From assembly GCA_963768855.1 (NCBI GenBank), contig CAVYJM010000010.1:32001-96000 (forward strand): DNA of 64,000 nt, read 5' to 3'. This DNA is from an uncultured Thermoplasmata archaeon. GTDB taxonomy: Archaea; Thermoplasmatota; Thermoplasmata; RBG-16-68-12. Positions 1 to 8,595 of the stretch are shown piece after piece. The translations under genes were made by a program, and so were the position numbers. The notes under the pieces were generated by a model. That model worked only from the letters and a program-made list of their open reading frames with translations. It did no database searches and was not told the DNA's origin. Within the stretch, counting starts at the first letter, position 1. Each line of letters starts with the position of its first letter.

Positions 1-264
1 ACGCCGAGCGGCGACCGATGCGATTAGGAGACGAGATCGACAAACGATCCATTGCGTGCCGCCAGGAGGCGCCGCCCCAGCGGTGCTCTCACTTGTCGCG
101 TTGTCGACGAGCTCGCAGATGAATCGCGACACGGAAACGCCGTGGAGAGCGGCCTCCGCCCTCCACTCCCCGAACATGTCGGAGGTCGGGAAGTAGACCG
201 TCACGGTCCTCTGTTCGGTCGTATGCGTTTTTCCCCGCTTGGAGCTTGCCGGGCCTTTCTTCAT
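1..264 (-). CDS. Putative ribbon-helix-helix DNA-binding protein (partial, runs off window start)
   Basis: Manual translation from ATG 264: MKKGPASSKRGKTHTTEQRTVTVYFPTSDMFGEWRAEAALHGVSVSRFICELVDNA..., open to base 1. Beta-strand then helix-S-V-S-R-F-I-helix pattern resembles RHH proteins. Divergent from cls. Not in the ORF track. Confidence 0.5.
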   Translation of the reverse strand, partial: MKKGPASSKRGKTHTTEQRTVTVYFPTSDMFGEWRAEAALHGVSVSRFICELVDNATSESTAGAAPPGGTQWIVCRSRLLIASVAARR

Positions 265-303
265 GTGTATCGGTATTTAGAGCGCTTCACTCATACCACT
301 TGT

Positions 304-1770
304 ATGGCCTTGGTGGACGTCTGGAACTTCATACTGGGCGACCCTCTGAAGATTTTCCTCTGGATTAACGCGGCCCTCATCATCATCACCATCATCTTCA
401 TAAAACCCAGGAAGGTGACCTCGGTCTATCTCTGGATCGCTGCCTTCCTGGTCCTGCCTGTGGTCTTCGTTCTGATCTTCTACCTCTTCTTCGGCCGTGA
501 CTATCATCACCGCCAGGTCTTCAGGAACAAGGGAGTAAGCGATGTCCAGGTGGTGGAGCTGCTCCGGCAGCAGCGGAAGACGCTGGCCTTCTCCAGTGAC
601 ACCTACGAGAACACGCTGCACGAGAACATGTGGCTGGCGAAGATGCTGCTCAACACGAACCGCAGCTTCGTGACCTCGGACAACGAGGTGCGCTACATCA
701 ACGACGGCAACGAGTTCTTCGAGACCATGTTCGCGCAGATTCGCAGCGCGAAGCACTTCATTCACCTCGAGATGTATATCGTGCGCGACGACGAGCTCGG
801 CAGAAGACTGGCGCATGAGCTCGCCCTGAAGGCCAAGGAGGGCGTAGAGGTCAAGCTGCTGGTGGACGCGGTGGGCTCGCACAAGCTGCCCCGCAAGTTC
901 TTCCAGGAACTGCGGGATGCGGGAGGCAAGACGGCCGAGTTCTTCCCCTCCTGGATCCGGGCCGTCAACACCCGCTTCAACAACCGCAACCACCGCAAGC
1001 TGATGATCGTGGATGGCGAGGAGGGCTTCTGCAGCGGCTTCAACGTCGGCATCGAGTATATCGGCCGAGGCCCGCTGGGCCCGTGGCGGGACGACGCGGT
1101 CTTCCTCAGGGGCGGGTCGACCATCGCGCTGGAGGCGCGTTTCATCCAAGACTGGAACTTCGCGGCCAAGGACAATACCACAATCACGCCGTATCTGCCC
1201 GATGGCCCGGGCCCCGGCAAGAGCCAAGTGCAAATCGTCTCCGGAGGGCCGGACACGGAGTACAGCCCCATCAATCATCACTATCTGAAGATGATCACCT
1301 CCGCCACGAAGAAGGTCTACATCCAGACGCCCTACTTCGTTCCAGAAGACCCCATCGCCACCGCCCTGCGAATGGCGGCCGAGTCGGGGGTCGAGGTGAA
1401 GCTCATGATCCCCAGCAAGCCGGACCATCCCTTCGTGTTCTGGGCCACGACCTACAACGCAGGCGAACTGCTGAGGTCGGGAGTGCATGTCTACAAGTTC
1501 CGACCCGGGTTCATCCATGCTAAGATCTGCATGATCGATGACCAGGTCGCCAGCGTGGGGAGCGCCAACTTCGATGTGAGGAGCTTCGAGCTTAACTTCG
1601 AGACCAACGCCGTCATCTACGATGCCGATGTCGCGGCCGCCATTCGTGACAAGTTCCTTGACGATGTCGCCAACCGCAGCGACGAGCTGACCAAGGAATC
1701 GTACGCCCAGCGCGGGAATTGGGTCAAGTTCAAGGAGGCCATCGCGCGCCTCTACACCCCCATCGCCTGA
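304..1770 (+). CDS. cls: Cardiolipin synthase (PLD superfamily)
   Basis: Two HKD motifs (NHRKLMIVDG; IHAKICMIDD...GSANFDVRSFELNFE) and two N-terminal TM helices. Start moved from 52 to ATG 304. Confidence 0.92.
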   Translation: MALVDVWNFILGDPLKIFLWINAALIIITIIFIKPRKVTSVYLWIAAFLVLPVVFVLIFYLFFGRDYHHRQVFRNKGVSDVQVVELLRQQRKTLAFSSDTYENTLHENMWLAKMLLNTNRSFVTSDNEVRYINDGNEFFETMFAQIRSAKHFIHLEMYIVRDDELGRRLAHELALKAKEGVEVKLLVDAVGSHKLPRKFFQELRDAGGKTAEFFPSWIRAVNTRFNNRNHRKLMIVDGEEGFCSGFNVGIEYIGRGPLGPWRDDAVFLRGGSTIALEARFIQDWNFAAKDNTTITPYLPDGPGPGKSQVQIVSGGPDTEYSPINHHYLKMITSATKKVYIQTPYFVPEDPIATALRMAAESGVEVKLMIPSKPDHPFVFWATTYNAGELLRSGVHVYKFRPGFIHAKICMIDDQVASVGSANFDVRSFELNFETNAVIYDADVAAAIRDKFLDDVANRSDELTKESYAQRGNWVKFKEAIARLYTPIA

Positions 1771-2670
1771 TCACTTAGGCTTTTCCTGGTTCAGCTCGTT
1801 CCGCACCCGGCGGAGGTAGTGCTTGAACCGCGGGGCGTTTTGCTGGTAGTTTATGGCCATGGCGGGCAGGAAGTAGCGGCTGTGCTTGGCCACCATCACC
1901 ATGCCCGTGGCCAGCTTCTGCAGCGGCCCCTTCTCGCAGCCTATGACCACGTTCCGGCGGGCCGCAATCGCGTCCAAGAAGCCCTCCAACGTCGTCTCGT
2001 GAGCGCAGGTGACGACGCCCCCCACGTCCGAGAGCATGTGTCCGTCCGTGCCGCCGGTGAAGGCCATCTTCCTTTCATGCGCCAGCCGCATCGCCTTGAC
2101 GTTCAGCGAGTGCGTCATGCCGCCGGATATCACCTCCAGGCCATCGAAGCGCCTCACGGTCTCCGGCGACAGGTACTTCGCGCCAATGCTCTTCAGCAGA
2201 CCCTTGTTGAAGATCAGATAGCCATAGGGGTGCGCCGCGATCGTGACGCAGTTGTACTCCTCGGCGCGGTCGACAATCTCCTGCGTGCCTAGCTTGATGG
2301 CCAGCCAAGGGCTGCCCTGCCGGTTCGGCTCGATGTGGCGCCTGAAATAGTCCTCCAGGTCGCGAGGCGAATAGAAGTAGGTGAGGATATGGGGGCCGTC
2401 GAAGGCGCTGACCTCCATGCCCGGGACTACCAGCAGGTCCCCCCGGTCCCTGAAGGCTTGCAGAGATCCGGAGATGACGTTGTGATCGGTGATGGCCACC
2501 CCGAAGTCGCGCATGCGGGCTTTCGCCAGCACATCGTGCACCCGGGCATGGCCGTCCGAGTGGTCTGTGTGGAAGTGCATGTCGACGGCCGATAGGCCTT
2601 CCGTCTCCAGCTGTACCATGTCGGGGATCTCGAAACGGACCGGCCCGCTGCTGTGGTCTGAGCGCGGCAT
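1771..2670 (-). CDS. PHP-domain metallo-phosphoesterase
   Basis: DMHFHTDHSDG, AITDHN, GMEVS, AAHPY, GGTDGH motifs. Converges exactly on the cls stop. Confidence 0.85.
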   Translation of the reverse strand: MPRSDHSSGPVRFEIPDMVQLETEGLSAVDMHFHTDHSDGHARVHDVLAKARMRDFGVAITDHNVISGSLQAFRDRGDLLVVPGMEVSAFDGPHILTYFYSPRDLEDYFRRHIEPNRQGSPWLAIKLGTQEIVDRAEEYNCVTIAAHPYGYLIFNKGLLKSIGAKYLSPETVRRFDGLEVISGGMTHSLNVKAMRLAHERKMAFTGGTDGHMLSDVGGVVTCAHETTLEGFLDAIAARRNVVIGCEKGPLQKLATGMVMVAKHSRYFLPAMAINYQQNAPRFKHYLRRVRNELNQEKPK

Positions 2671-2939
2671 CTAGTCCTCGGCCAAGATAGCGACGGGTGG
2701 GGTTAGAAGCTATGCGCCAACCTAGCACCAAATAGGCGCTCAGGATCGCATTTCGCCGGTGAGGAACGAATGCGTCTTCACCCCTCCTGCCGGTTCGCTT
2801 CCATCGATGAATCGATGTTGCTCGGGCTGGTCGCTGGGTTCTTCATCAGCATCGGTTTCGTCTCTCCGACAGCCAAGGCATGGAAGGCAGGGATCGCCGT
2901 CCGAGGGAAGAGCGTCGCGCCGGGCGGTGACGGAACCGA

Positions 2940-4565
2940 TTAGGAGGCAAGGCCGACGAACGATCCAACGCGTTCCGCTACGGCGGGATCGTCGAGGGCG
3001 GCGGCGAATTCGACCAGGGTCGCAAACGGTCGGCGCCGCACGATGCGCGCCGCGCGCTTGGCCCCGACGCCGGGCAGGGCCTCAAGGGCCCTCAACGAGG
3101 CGCGATTCACGTCAAGCGGGAACTCCACGCCGGTCACGGACCGCTCGCCGTGGCTCGTGATCTTCACGTCCACGAACCGAGTGACGTCGAGATCATAGGG
3201 CAAGCCGACGAGGATTGGATAAGTTCCGATCTGGCGCCCGTACGTCACGTGGCCGTGTCGAATCTCGAGATACACGTCTCGCAGAACGGTTCCTTCGGGG
3301 AGGACGCGGCGGAGCATTTCATGGTCGACGCCTGCCCGCACAGATTCCTTGAAACGCCGGAACTCGGAATGCAGCCCCGTGGGCTCGAATTCCTGGCGTA
3401 CGGGACGAACCTGGCGGATGTTGATCCGCCGAACCCAGAGGTCCTCCTCGAGGAGATGCTTCAGAAAGGCGAGATTCAGATCGAAGGTCTTCTTCGTTTC
3501 GCCCGTCAAACCCGTGACGAAGTTGAGACCAGGTAGGAGCTGCGGCAGGCCGTTTTCCCCACGCTCCCGGCCCACGGCGTTGACCATGCGGATGGCCTGA
3601 AGACATCCGTCCGCGTCGATGTTGAGGTTGTTCGCCTCCGTGACCGCGGGATCCGCGGACTCGAGGCCGAAGGAGAGAAGGTTGCCCGGGGACGTGTACC
3701 GCACCAGGAGGCGGAGAGCCGCCGTGGCCTCGTCCGGATGGGCGACCATCATCGCAGGGTCGCCGTTGTCCGTGTGGAGGATCCGCAGCCGCGGCGCGGC
3801 CTCGTGGATCCCGCGGAGGAGGGCCTCAAGCGCCGGGACGTTGACCTGCGGCGTCGGAGAGCCGCCGAGGCCGATCGCCTGGTAGCTGAAGAAGTCCGCC
3901 TGGCCTCCGAGGCGGAAATTGACCGCGCCGAGGGACGCGAGCTTCCGGACCTCCGCAAGGATCCCGTCCAGCGGGCGGAACTTCGTGATCCCGTACTGAG
4001 GCTCGACACAGAAGCTGCAGCCGCCGTTCACGTAGCGCACGCAGCCCTTCGTGGTGTCGATCTCGACGATGAGCGGTTCCGGGAAGTCAGGATGCCGGGC
4101 GATGACGTCCGCGCCGAGGAGGGCCCAACGGTCCCACTCCGCCATCGTGCGGTCGCGGTCCTCCCACTCGCCCTTCGTCAGGTGGTCGTACACGCAGACA
4201 TCGAGGTCGCGGACCGCCACATGGTCGAACGGCTCGACGAGGGCGTCGTCGAAGAAGCGGAACCGGGCCAGGGGACCGCCGAACACGCTCGGGCCCTTGA
4301 AGGCGGTTGCGTGACGGAGGATCTCCTTCTCGCTGATGGGCAGGCTCCGGAGGTACTTGCCCGGGACGATCGGCCCGGAGATGATCGCGAGGAGGTCGCC
4401 GTGGAGCGGGTGACCGGCGCGCGCCCGGTCGATCGTGACATACTCCCATTCATGGCCCGCATCCGCCACGGCGCCTGCGAGGTACCGCGGGTACGGGGAA
4501 ATGAAGGGCGGCACGCCGAAGTTGGACGGCTCGTCGACGTAGCCGTCCAGGATCACGACCTTCAT
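2940..4565 (-). CDS. Radical SAM protein with TRAM-like and C-terminal helix-hairpin-helix domains (COG1031-like)
   Basis: CVRYVNGGCSFC cluster motif (CX7CX2C), TRAM-like segment, HhH motif LEALPGVGAKRAARI. Confidence 0.8.
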   Translation of the reverse strand: MKVVILDGYVDEPSNFGVPPFISPYPRYLAGAVADAGHEWEYVTIDRARAGHPLHGDLLAIISGPIVPGKYLRSLPISEKEILRHATAFKGPSVFGGPLARFRFFDDALVEPFDHVAVRDLDVCVYDHLTKGEWEDRDRTMAEWDRWALLGADVIARHPDFPEPLIVEIDTTKGCVRYVNGGCSFCVEPQYGITKFRPLDGILAEVRKLASLGAVNFRLGGQADFFSYQAIGLGGSPTPQVNVPALEALLRGIHEAAPRLRILHTDNGDPAMMVAHPDEATAALRLLVRYTSPGNLLSFGLESADPAVTEANNLNIDADGCLQAIRMVNAVGRERGENGLPQLLPGLNFVTGLTGETKKTFDLNLAFLKHLLEEDLWVRRINIRQVRPVRQEFEPTGLHSEFRRFKESVRAGVDHEMLRRVLPEGTVLRDVYLEIRHGHVTYGRQIGTYPILVGLPYDLDVTRFVDVKITSHGERSVTGVEFPLDVNRASLRALEALPGVGAKRAARIVRRRPFATLVEFAAALDDPAVAERVGSFVGLAS

Positions 4566-4613
4566 GGACCGGAATCCATGCCGCCCTCGCGATAAAAGGG
4601 CTTCGCCCCATCC

Positions 4614-4886
4614 TCAGGCAGGCTTCTTCTCCGGCTCCTTGCCCGCGAGGCGGCTGATCAAGATGATGAAGATGATCAGCACGACGGTGAGGATGACGGC
4701 CGTCACGACGAAAATGCCCCACCCTGCCCAGTTCGCCGGCGCAGTGGTGCTAACCCCTGCCGCCGAAAGGCCGCCCTGCACGACTTGGTTCCACAACAGC
4801 GCAATCACGAAGCCGAAGGCCGAAGCCATCGACGTTGCAATCGTTTTGCGCACTTCCGTCACCGAGAGTTTCTTGTCCTCCGCCAT
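4614..4886 (-). CDS. Small two-TM membrane protein (DUF5654-like)
   Basis: 90 aa, SAFGFVIALLWN motif, two hydrophobic helices. Confidence 0.7.
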   Translation of the reverse strand: MAEDKKLSVTEVRKTIATSMASAFGFVIALLWNQVVQGGLSAAGVSTTAPANWAGWGIFVVTAVILTVVLIIFIILISRLAGKEPEKKPA

Positions 4887-4958
4887 ACCAACCCTCGGAG
4901 GGGGAATCGACCACCCGAGAATTGTGCTTTTCGGCCCCCGTCCGCTCGTGTTCGGATC

Positions 4959-5411
4959 CTAGTGGGACCGCCGCGCCGGACCTTTCTCCTTCGAGACCAC
5001 CCGGATCCCCTCGATCTGCGCGGCGGGGTACTGCCCCCGCGCATCCTTCTCGAGGGACTTCACCATGTCCCAGACCGTGAGCAGCGCGACGCTCACGCCG
5101 TACAGCGCCTCCATCTCGACGCCCGTCTTGTACGTCGCCGCGACGGTCGTCGTGCAAACGACGCGGTCCGCGCGGACGTCGAGCTCGACCGCCGCCGACG
5201 TAAGGGGGATCGGATGGCAGTGGGGCAGGGCCTGCCACGTGGACTTGATCGCCTGGAGCCCGGCGACTTCCGCCGCGGCGATCGGATCGCCCTTCTCCAC
5301 GCGCCCGGCGCGGATGGCGCGGACCGTGGCGGCACGGAGGCGGATCGTCCCGGTGGCCACGGCCCGCCGCGGCACGTCGGGCTTCGCCTGGATGTCGACC
5401 ATCCGCGCCAT
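4959..5411 (-). CDS. moaC: Cyclic pyranopterin monophosphate synthase MoaC
   Basis: MVDI..K, PHCHPIPL, KTGVEMEAL, VWDMVKS motifs. Start trimmed to ATG 5411 (or 5402). Confidence 0.93.
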   Translation of the reverse strand: MARMVDIQAKPDVPRRAVATGTIRLRAATVRAIRAGRVEKGDPIAAAEVAGLQAIKSTWQALPHCHPIPLTSAAVELDVRADRVVCTTTVAATYKTGVEMEALYGVSVALLTVWDMVKSLEKDARGQYPAAQIEGIRVVSKEKGPARRSH

Positions 5412-5751
5412 GGGTCCCCGCAAGCGAGGCGTCGCTATATCACGATTCGCGCGCCCGGGCATTGTCAACACACGTGCGCACGTCCGACGCATCGGACGGT
5501 CCATTCCCATCGCGCGCGCGAGGCATTGTCAAGTCGACTGTGTCGGACGCCGGAGCGCTTAACTACGCCCCGGGCCGCTGAGGCGAGCTCGTGCGGATGG
5601 GACATGGCGCGCACGAAGGGATGGGACGGGACGCCGCGACGCGGCCTCCTGAGATGGCGATTCCTTCACCGCGTCCCCGCCGCCAAGCCTGGCCGGCTGA
5701 GCGGTCCGCGAACGGCTCCGGGGCCGGGCGAGACGACGTGAGGCGAAGGAC

Positions 5752-6234
5752 ATGGGAAACCTGAGAAGAATCGTGGGCGTGGGCCTGGCCGTCGCCTTGG
5801 TGGCGACGCTCGCAGTCTACGTGCTCATCCCCAAGACGGGGACCACCGCGAACAACGTGGTGGTCAATGAGCCGCAGAGCCCAACGAGCGGCGGCACGAC
5901 CAGCACGACGACCGGTGGTCACGGCCACGGCGGCCATGCCGGCGGATCGGGCACGACCCCGACACCGTCGACCCCGCCGACGAGGCCGCCGAAAGCCCAT
6001 GGGCAGAACAGCAACGGGCCCAAGCACGTGATCTGCCTGCCCGTGAAGGACCACTCGGGCAACGGGGTCTCGGAGTACCAGGGCGCGAACCAGTACCGCG
6101 GACAGTGCGCGGCTGGGTCGGCGCTCGGCGCCCAAGGCCACGGACACCAGGCAACGGCCTCGACCGGGGATGTCGCATCGGCGCAGGCGCTCTTCCGCGC
6201 ACACGCCAAGAACGGCAGCCACGGGAGCAACTGA
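5752..6234 (+). CDS. Membrane-anchored or secreted low-complexity His/Gly/Thr-rich protein
   Basis: N-terminal hydrophobic helix, TTSTTTGGHGHGGH tract, GAAGGA RBS-like sequence before ATG, host-like codon usage. Confidence 0.6.
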   Translation: MGNLRRIVGVGLAVALVATLAVYVLIPKTGTTANNVVVNEPQSPTSGGTTSTTTGGHGHGGHAGGSGTTPTPSTPPTRPPKAHGQNSNGPKHVICLPVKDHSGNGVSEYQGANQYRGQCAAGSALGAQGHGHQATASTGDVASAQALFRAHAKNGSHGSN

Positions 6235-6300
6235 ACCTGCTTCCCCCTCCGGGGGTGCGGCCTGGGGCCGATGCGGCCCCGGGCGCCGATTTCTGGCCTG

Positions 6301-6690
6301 CTAGCGCGAACGCCGTTTCGGATGCGGCGGCTCTGACTTCCAGATGGGTACGATCCGTTTGACCTCGTCCATCGCCCAGGCGCACGCATCGAAGGCCTCG
6401 CGGCGGTGCGCCGCCGAGCAGGCGATCGCCACGGAGTCCCCGCCGACCGGGACGCGGCCGACGCGGTGCATGATGGACATGTCTAGGACGTGGAACTTGG
6501 ACCGCGCCCGGTCGACGAGCTCCGCGAAGACCTTCTGGGCCATGGGCCCATAGGCCTCGTAGTCCAGGGCGGCCACGCCGGAATCCGCGCGGACGGAGCC
6601 GAGGAACAGGACGATCGCGCCCGCGTCCTCGCGGCGGACGCTCGCCACGACCGCCCCGACGTCGATCCGGCGTCGGGTGATCTCGATCAT
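6301..6690 (-). CDS. moaE: Molybdopterin synthase catalytic subunit MoaE
   Basis: GAIVLFLGSVR, LDYEAY, HRVGRVPVG, HRREAF, VKRIVPIWKSE motifs. ATGA overlap with moaD. Confidence 0.93.
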   Translation of the reverse strand: MIEITRRRIDVGAVVASVRREDAGAIVLFLGSVRADSGVAALDYEAYGPMAQKVFAELVDRARSKFHVLDMSIMHRVGRVPVGGDSVAIACSAAHRREAFDACAWAMDEVKRIVPIWKSEPPHPKRRSR

Positions 6691-6938
6691 CGCGCGCCTC
6701 CGCTCACCGGGGGGAGCAGGGCGACCTCATCGTCCTCGTGCAGGACCTGGGACGGATCTGCGAGGGCCTGGTTGACCGCGAGCATCATCGTGCCGCGATG
6801 CGGGGCGAGACGCGGATGGCGTCTCAGGAAGACGTCGAGGAACTCGCCGAGCGTGGCCCCCGGATCCGCCGTCCACACGACGTCCTTCGCGCCGACGATC
6901 TCGCGGTACGTGGCGAAGAGCTTGACGCGGAAACGCAT
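6687..6938 (-). CDS. moaD: MoaD/SAMP ubiquitin-like sulfur carrier
   Basis: VKLFATYREIVG...LAVN...DEVALLPPVSGG followed by AR. Start trimmed to ATG 6938. Confidence 0.9.
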   Translation of the reverse strand: MRFRVKLFATYREIVGAKDVVWTADPGATLGEFLDVFLRRHPRLAPHRGTMMLAVNQALADPSQVLHEDDEVALLPPVSGGAR

Positions 6939-6979
6939 CGGGGCGGCCGATGCCGGGGCCGCCATTTGGGGTTTGCGCC

Positions 6980-7216
6980 TCAGAATGGCGGGAGCTTCGC
7001 GAGCAGGGCCGCCCGCCGCTCCCGCAGCTCGACCGCCACCCGGTCGAAGTAGGCCGCGACCGCGGCCTCGAGCCTCGGCCGGGCGGAGGCGGAGCGGGGG
7101 GAGCCAATGTACTGAAAGACCTGGACCCGACGCCCCGCGCGCTCCTCGTACCGCCAGAAGTAGAGGTAGGGGCGTCCCCGGATCACCTTGACCGTGAGAC
7201 CGCAACCGACCTGCAT
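6980..7216 (-). CDS. Small basic hypothetical protein, possibly nucleic-acid binding
   Basis: 78 aa: VKVIRGRPYLYFWRYE...QYIG beta-hairpin plus amphipathic helix. Directly upstream of moaD on the same strand. Confidence 0.6.
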   Translation of the reverse strand: MQVGCGLTVKVIRGRPYLYFWRYEERAGRRVQVFQYIGSPRSASARPRLEAAVAAYFDRVAVELRERRAALLAKLPPF

Positions 7217-7230
7217 CGCGCGTGGAACGA

Positions 7231-7252
7231 TGCAACCTTACTTAAGGTTAAC
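7231..7252 (-). promoter_or_regulatory. Palindromic operator-like motif AACCTT-N4-AAGGTT (copy 1)
   Basis: TGCAACCTTACTTAAGGTTAAC, 14 nt upstream of ATG 7216. Its reverse complement matches 19735-19756 at 18/22 positions. Confidence 0.6.
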
Positions 7253-7344
7253 TCGGCCGGACTCCCGCGAATGGGCGTCATGGACCCCCACCCCACCATT
7301 TCCTGTGGAAACGCTTATCGGATGGCCCTCCCTTCGACGGAACG

Positions 7345-8595
7345 TTGGACGTCCTCCTGGTCTCCCTCACGGACGACACGAATGAGATCGCGGCCCTCAT
7401 CGATTCAGCGGGGCACCGCATCGTCGAGCGCATCGTCCAACGCCGGGACCACCCAGACCCGCAGACTTTCGTCGGGCGGGGCAAGCTGGAGGAGGTCCGG
7501 GAGCGGGTCGAGCGAGGCGACATCGTCCTCGTCGTGTTCAACGGCGAGCTCCGGCCCACGATGCACTATCACCTGGAGCAGGAACTCGGCGTCGAGTGCT
7601 ACGACCGGCTCCGCGTGCTCCTCGAGCTGTTCGCGCAGCGCGCGGCGACCCGGGAGGCGAAGCTCCAGGTCGAGCTCGCCCTCCTCCACTACGAGGTCCC
7701 GCTCCTCCGGGAATGGATCCACGAGGCGGACATCGGCGAACGCCCGGGCTTCATGGCCGGCGGCGAACTCCGCGTCGACGCGTACTACGAGACCGTGAAG
7801 CGTCGCCTGAAGAAGATCAAGGACGAGCTCGAGACGATCCGACGGGAGCGCGACGTCCGACGCCAGCTGCGGAAGGAACGCGGGTATCACCTCGTCGCCC
7901 TGGCCGGGTACGCGAACGCGGGGAAGTCGTCCCTTCTGAACGCGCTGGCGAAGGAGCACGTCGTCGTCGATTCCCGGATGTTCTCGACCCTCTCCACGAC
8001 GACCCGCACCCTGCCCGGCCCCCACCGGCGCATCCTTCTGACGGATACGATCGGGTTCGTGGACGGAGTCCCCTTCTGGATGATCGAGGCGTTCAACGCC
8101 ACGCTGGAGGAGATCTTCCAGGCCGATCTCATCCTCCTCCTCGTCGACGCGTTCGATCCGGTCGAGGAGATCCGCCGGAAAGTGCGTCTGGCGGCCCGGA
8201 CGCTGCTCCCCAAGGTCCGGGTCGAGGCGATCCTGCCCGTCCTGGCGAAGGTGGACCTCCTCCCCGCGGACGCCGTCGCGGCGAAGGCCCGCGTCCTAGC
8301 CGAATCCGAGTTCCACCAACCGCCCCTGCGCCTCTCCGCCCGCACGGGAGAGGGACTCGAGGATCTGCGCCGTGTGATCCAAGACCTGTTCGCTTATCCG
8401 GTCGAGATCCATCTGCTGCTCCCCCTGGACCCGGAAAGCGAGGCGAAGCTCCACTGGCTCCACGAGCGCACGGACGTCGTGTCCGTCGTCCACGCGCCGG
8501 ATCGGATCGAAGCGGTCGTCCGCTGCCGGCCCCAGGACGAGGCCGCCGTGCAGGAACTCGGCCGGGTCGTGCTGCGACGGGATCTCAGCTCTTGA
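7345..8595 (+). CDS. hflX: Ribosome-associated GTPase HflX
   Basis: GRGKLEE, LELFAQRAATREAKLQVELA, G1 GYANAGKS, G2 MFSTL, G3 DTIGF. G4 reads AKVD. TTG start. Confidence 0.93.
   Translation: MDVLLVSLTDDTNEIAALIDSAGHRIVERIVQRRDHPDPQTFVGRGKLEEVRERVERGDIVLVVFNGELRPTMHYHLEQELGVECYDRLRVLLELFAQRAATREAKLQVELALLHYEVPLLREWIHEADIGERPGFMAGGELRVDAYYETVKRRLKKIKDELETIRRERDVRRQLRKERGYHLVALAGYANAGKSSLLNALAKEHVVVDSRMFSTLSTTTRTLPGPHRRILLTDTIGFVDGVPFWMIEAFNATLEEIFQADLILLLVDAFDPVEEIRRKVRLAARTLLPKVRVEAILPVLAKVDLLPADAVAAKARVLAESEFHQPPLRLSARTGEGLEDLRRVIQDLFAYPVEIHLLLPLDPESEAKLHWLHERTDVVSVVHAPDRIEAVVRCRPQDEAAVQELGRVVLRRDLSS

Noticed and set aside
52-303. N-terminal extension of the cls ORF
   Set aside because: It overlaps the divergent RHH-like gene and promoter; Cls-like sequence begins at ATG 304.
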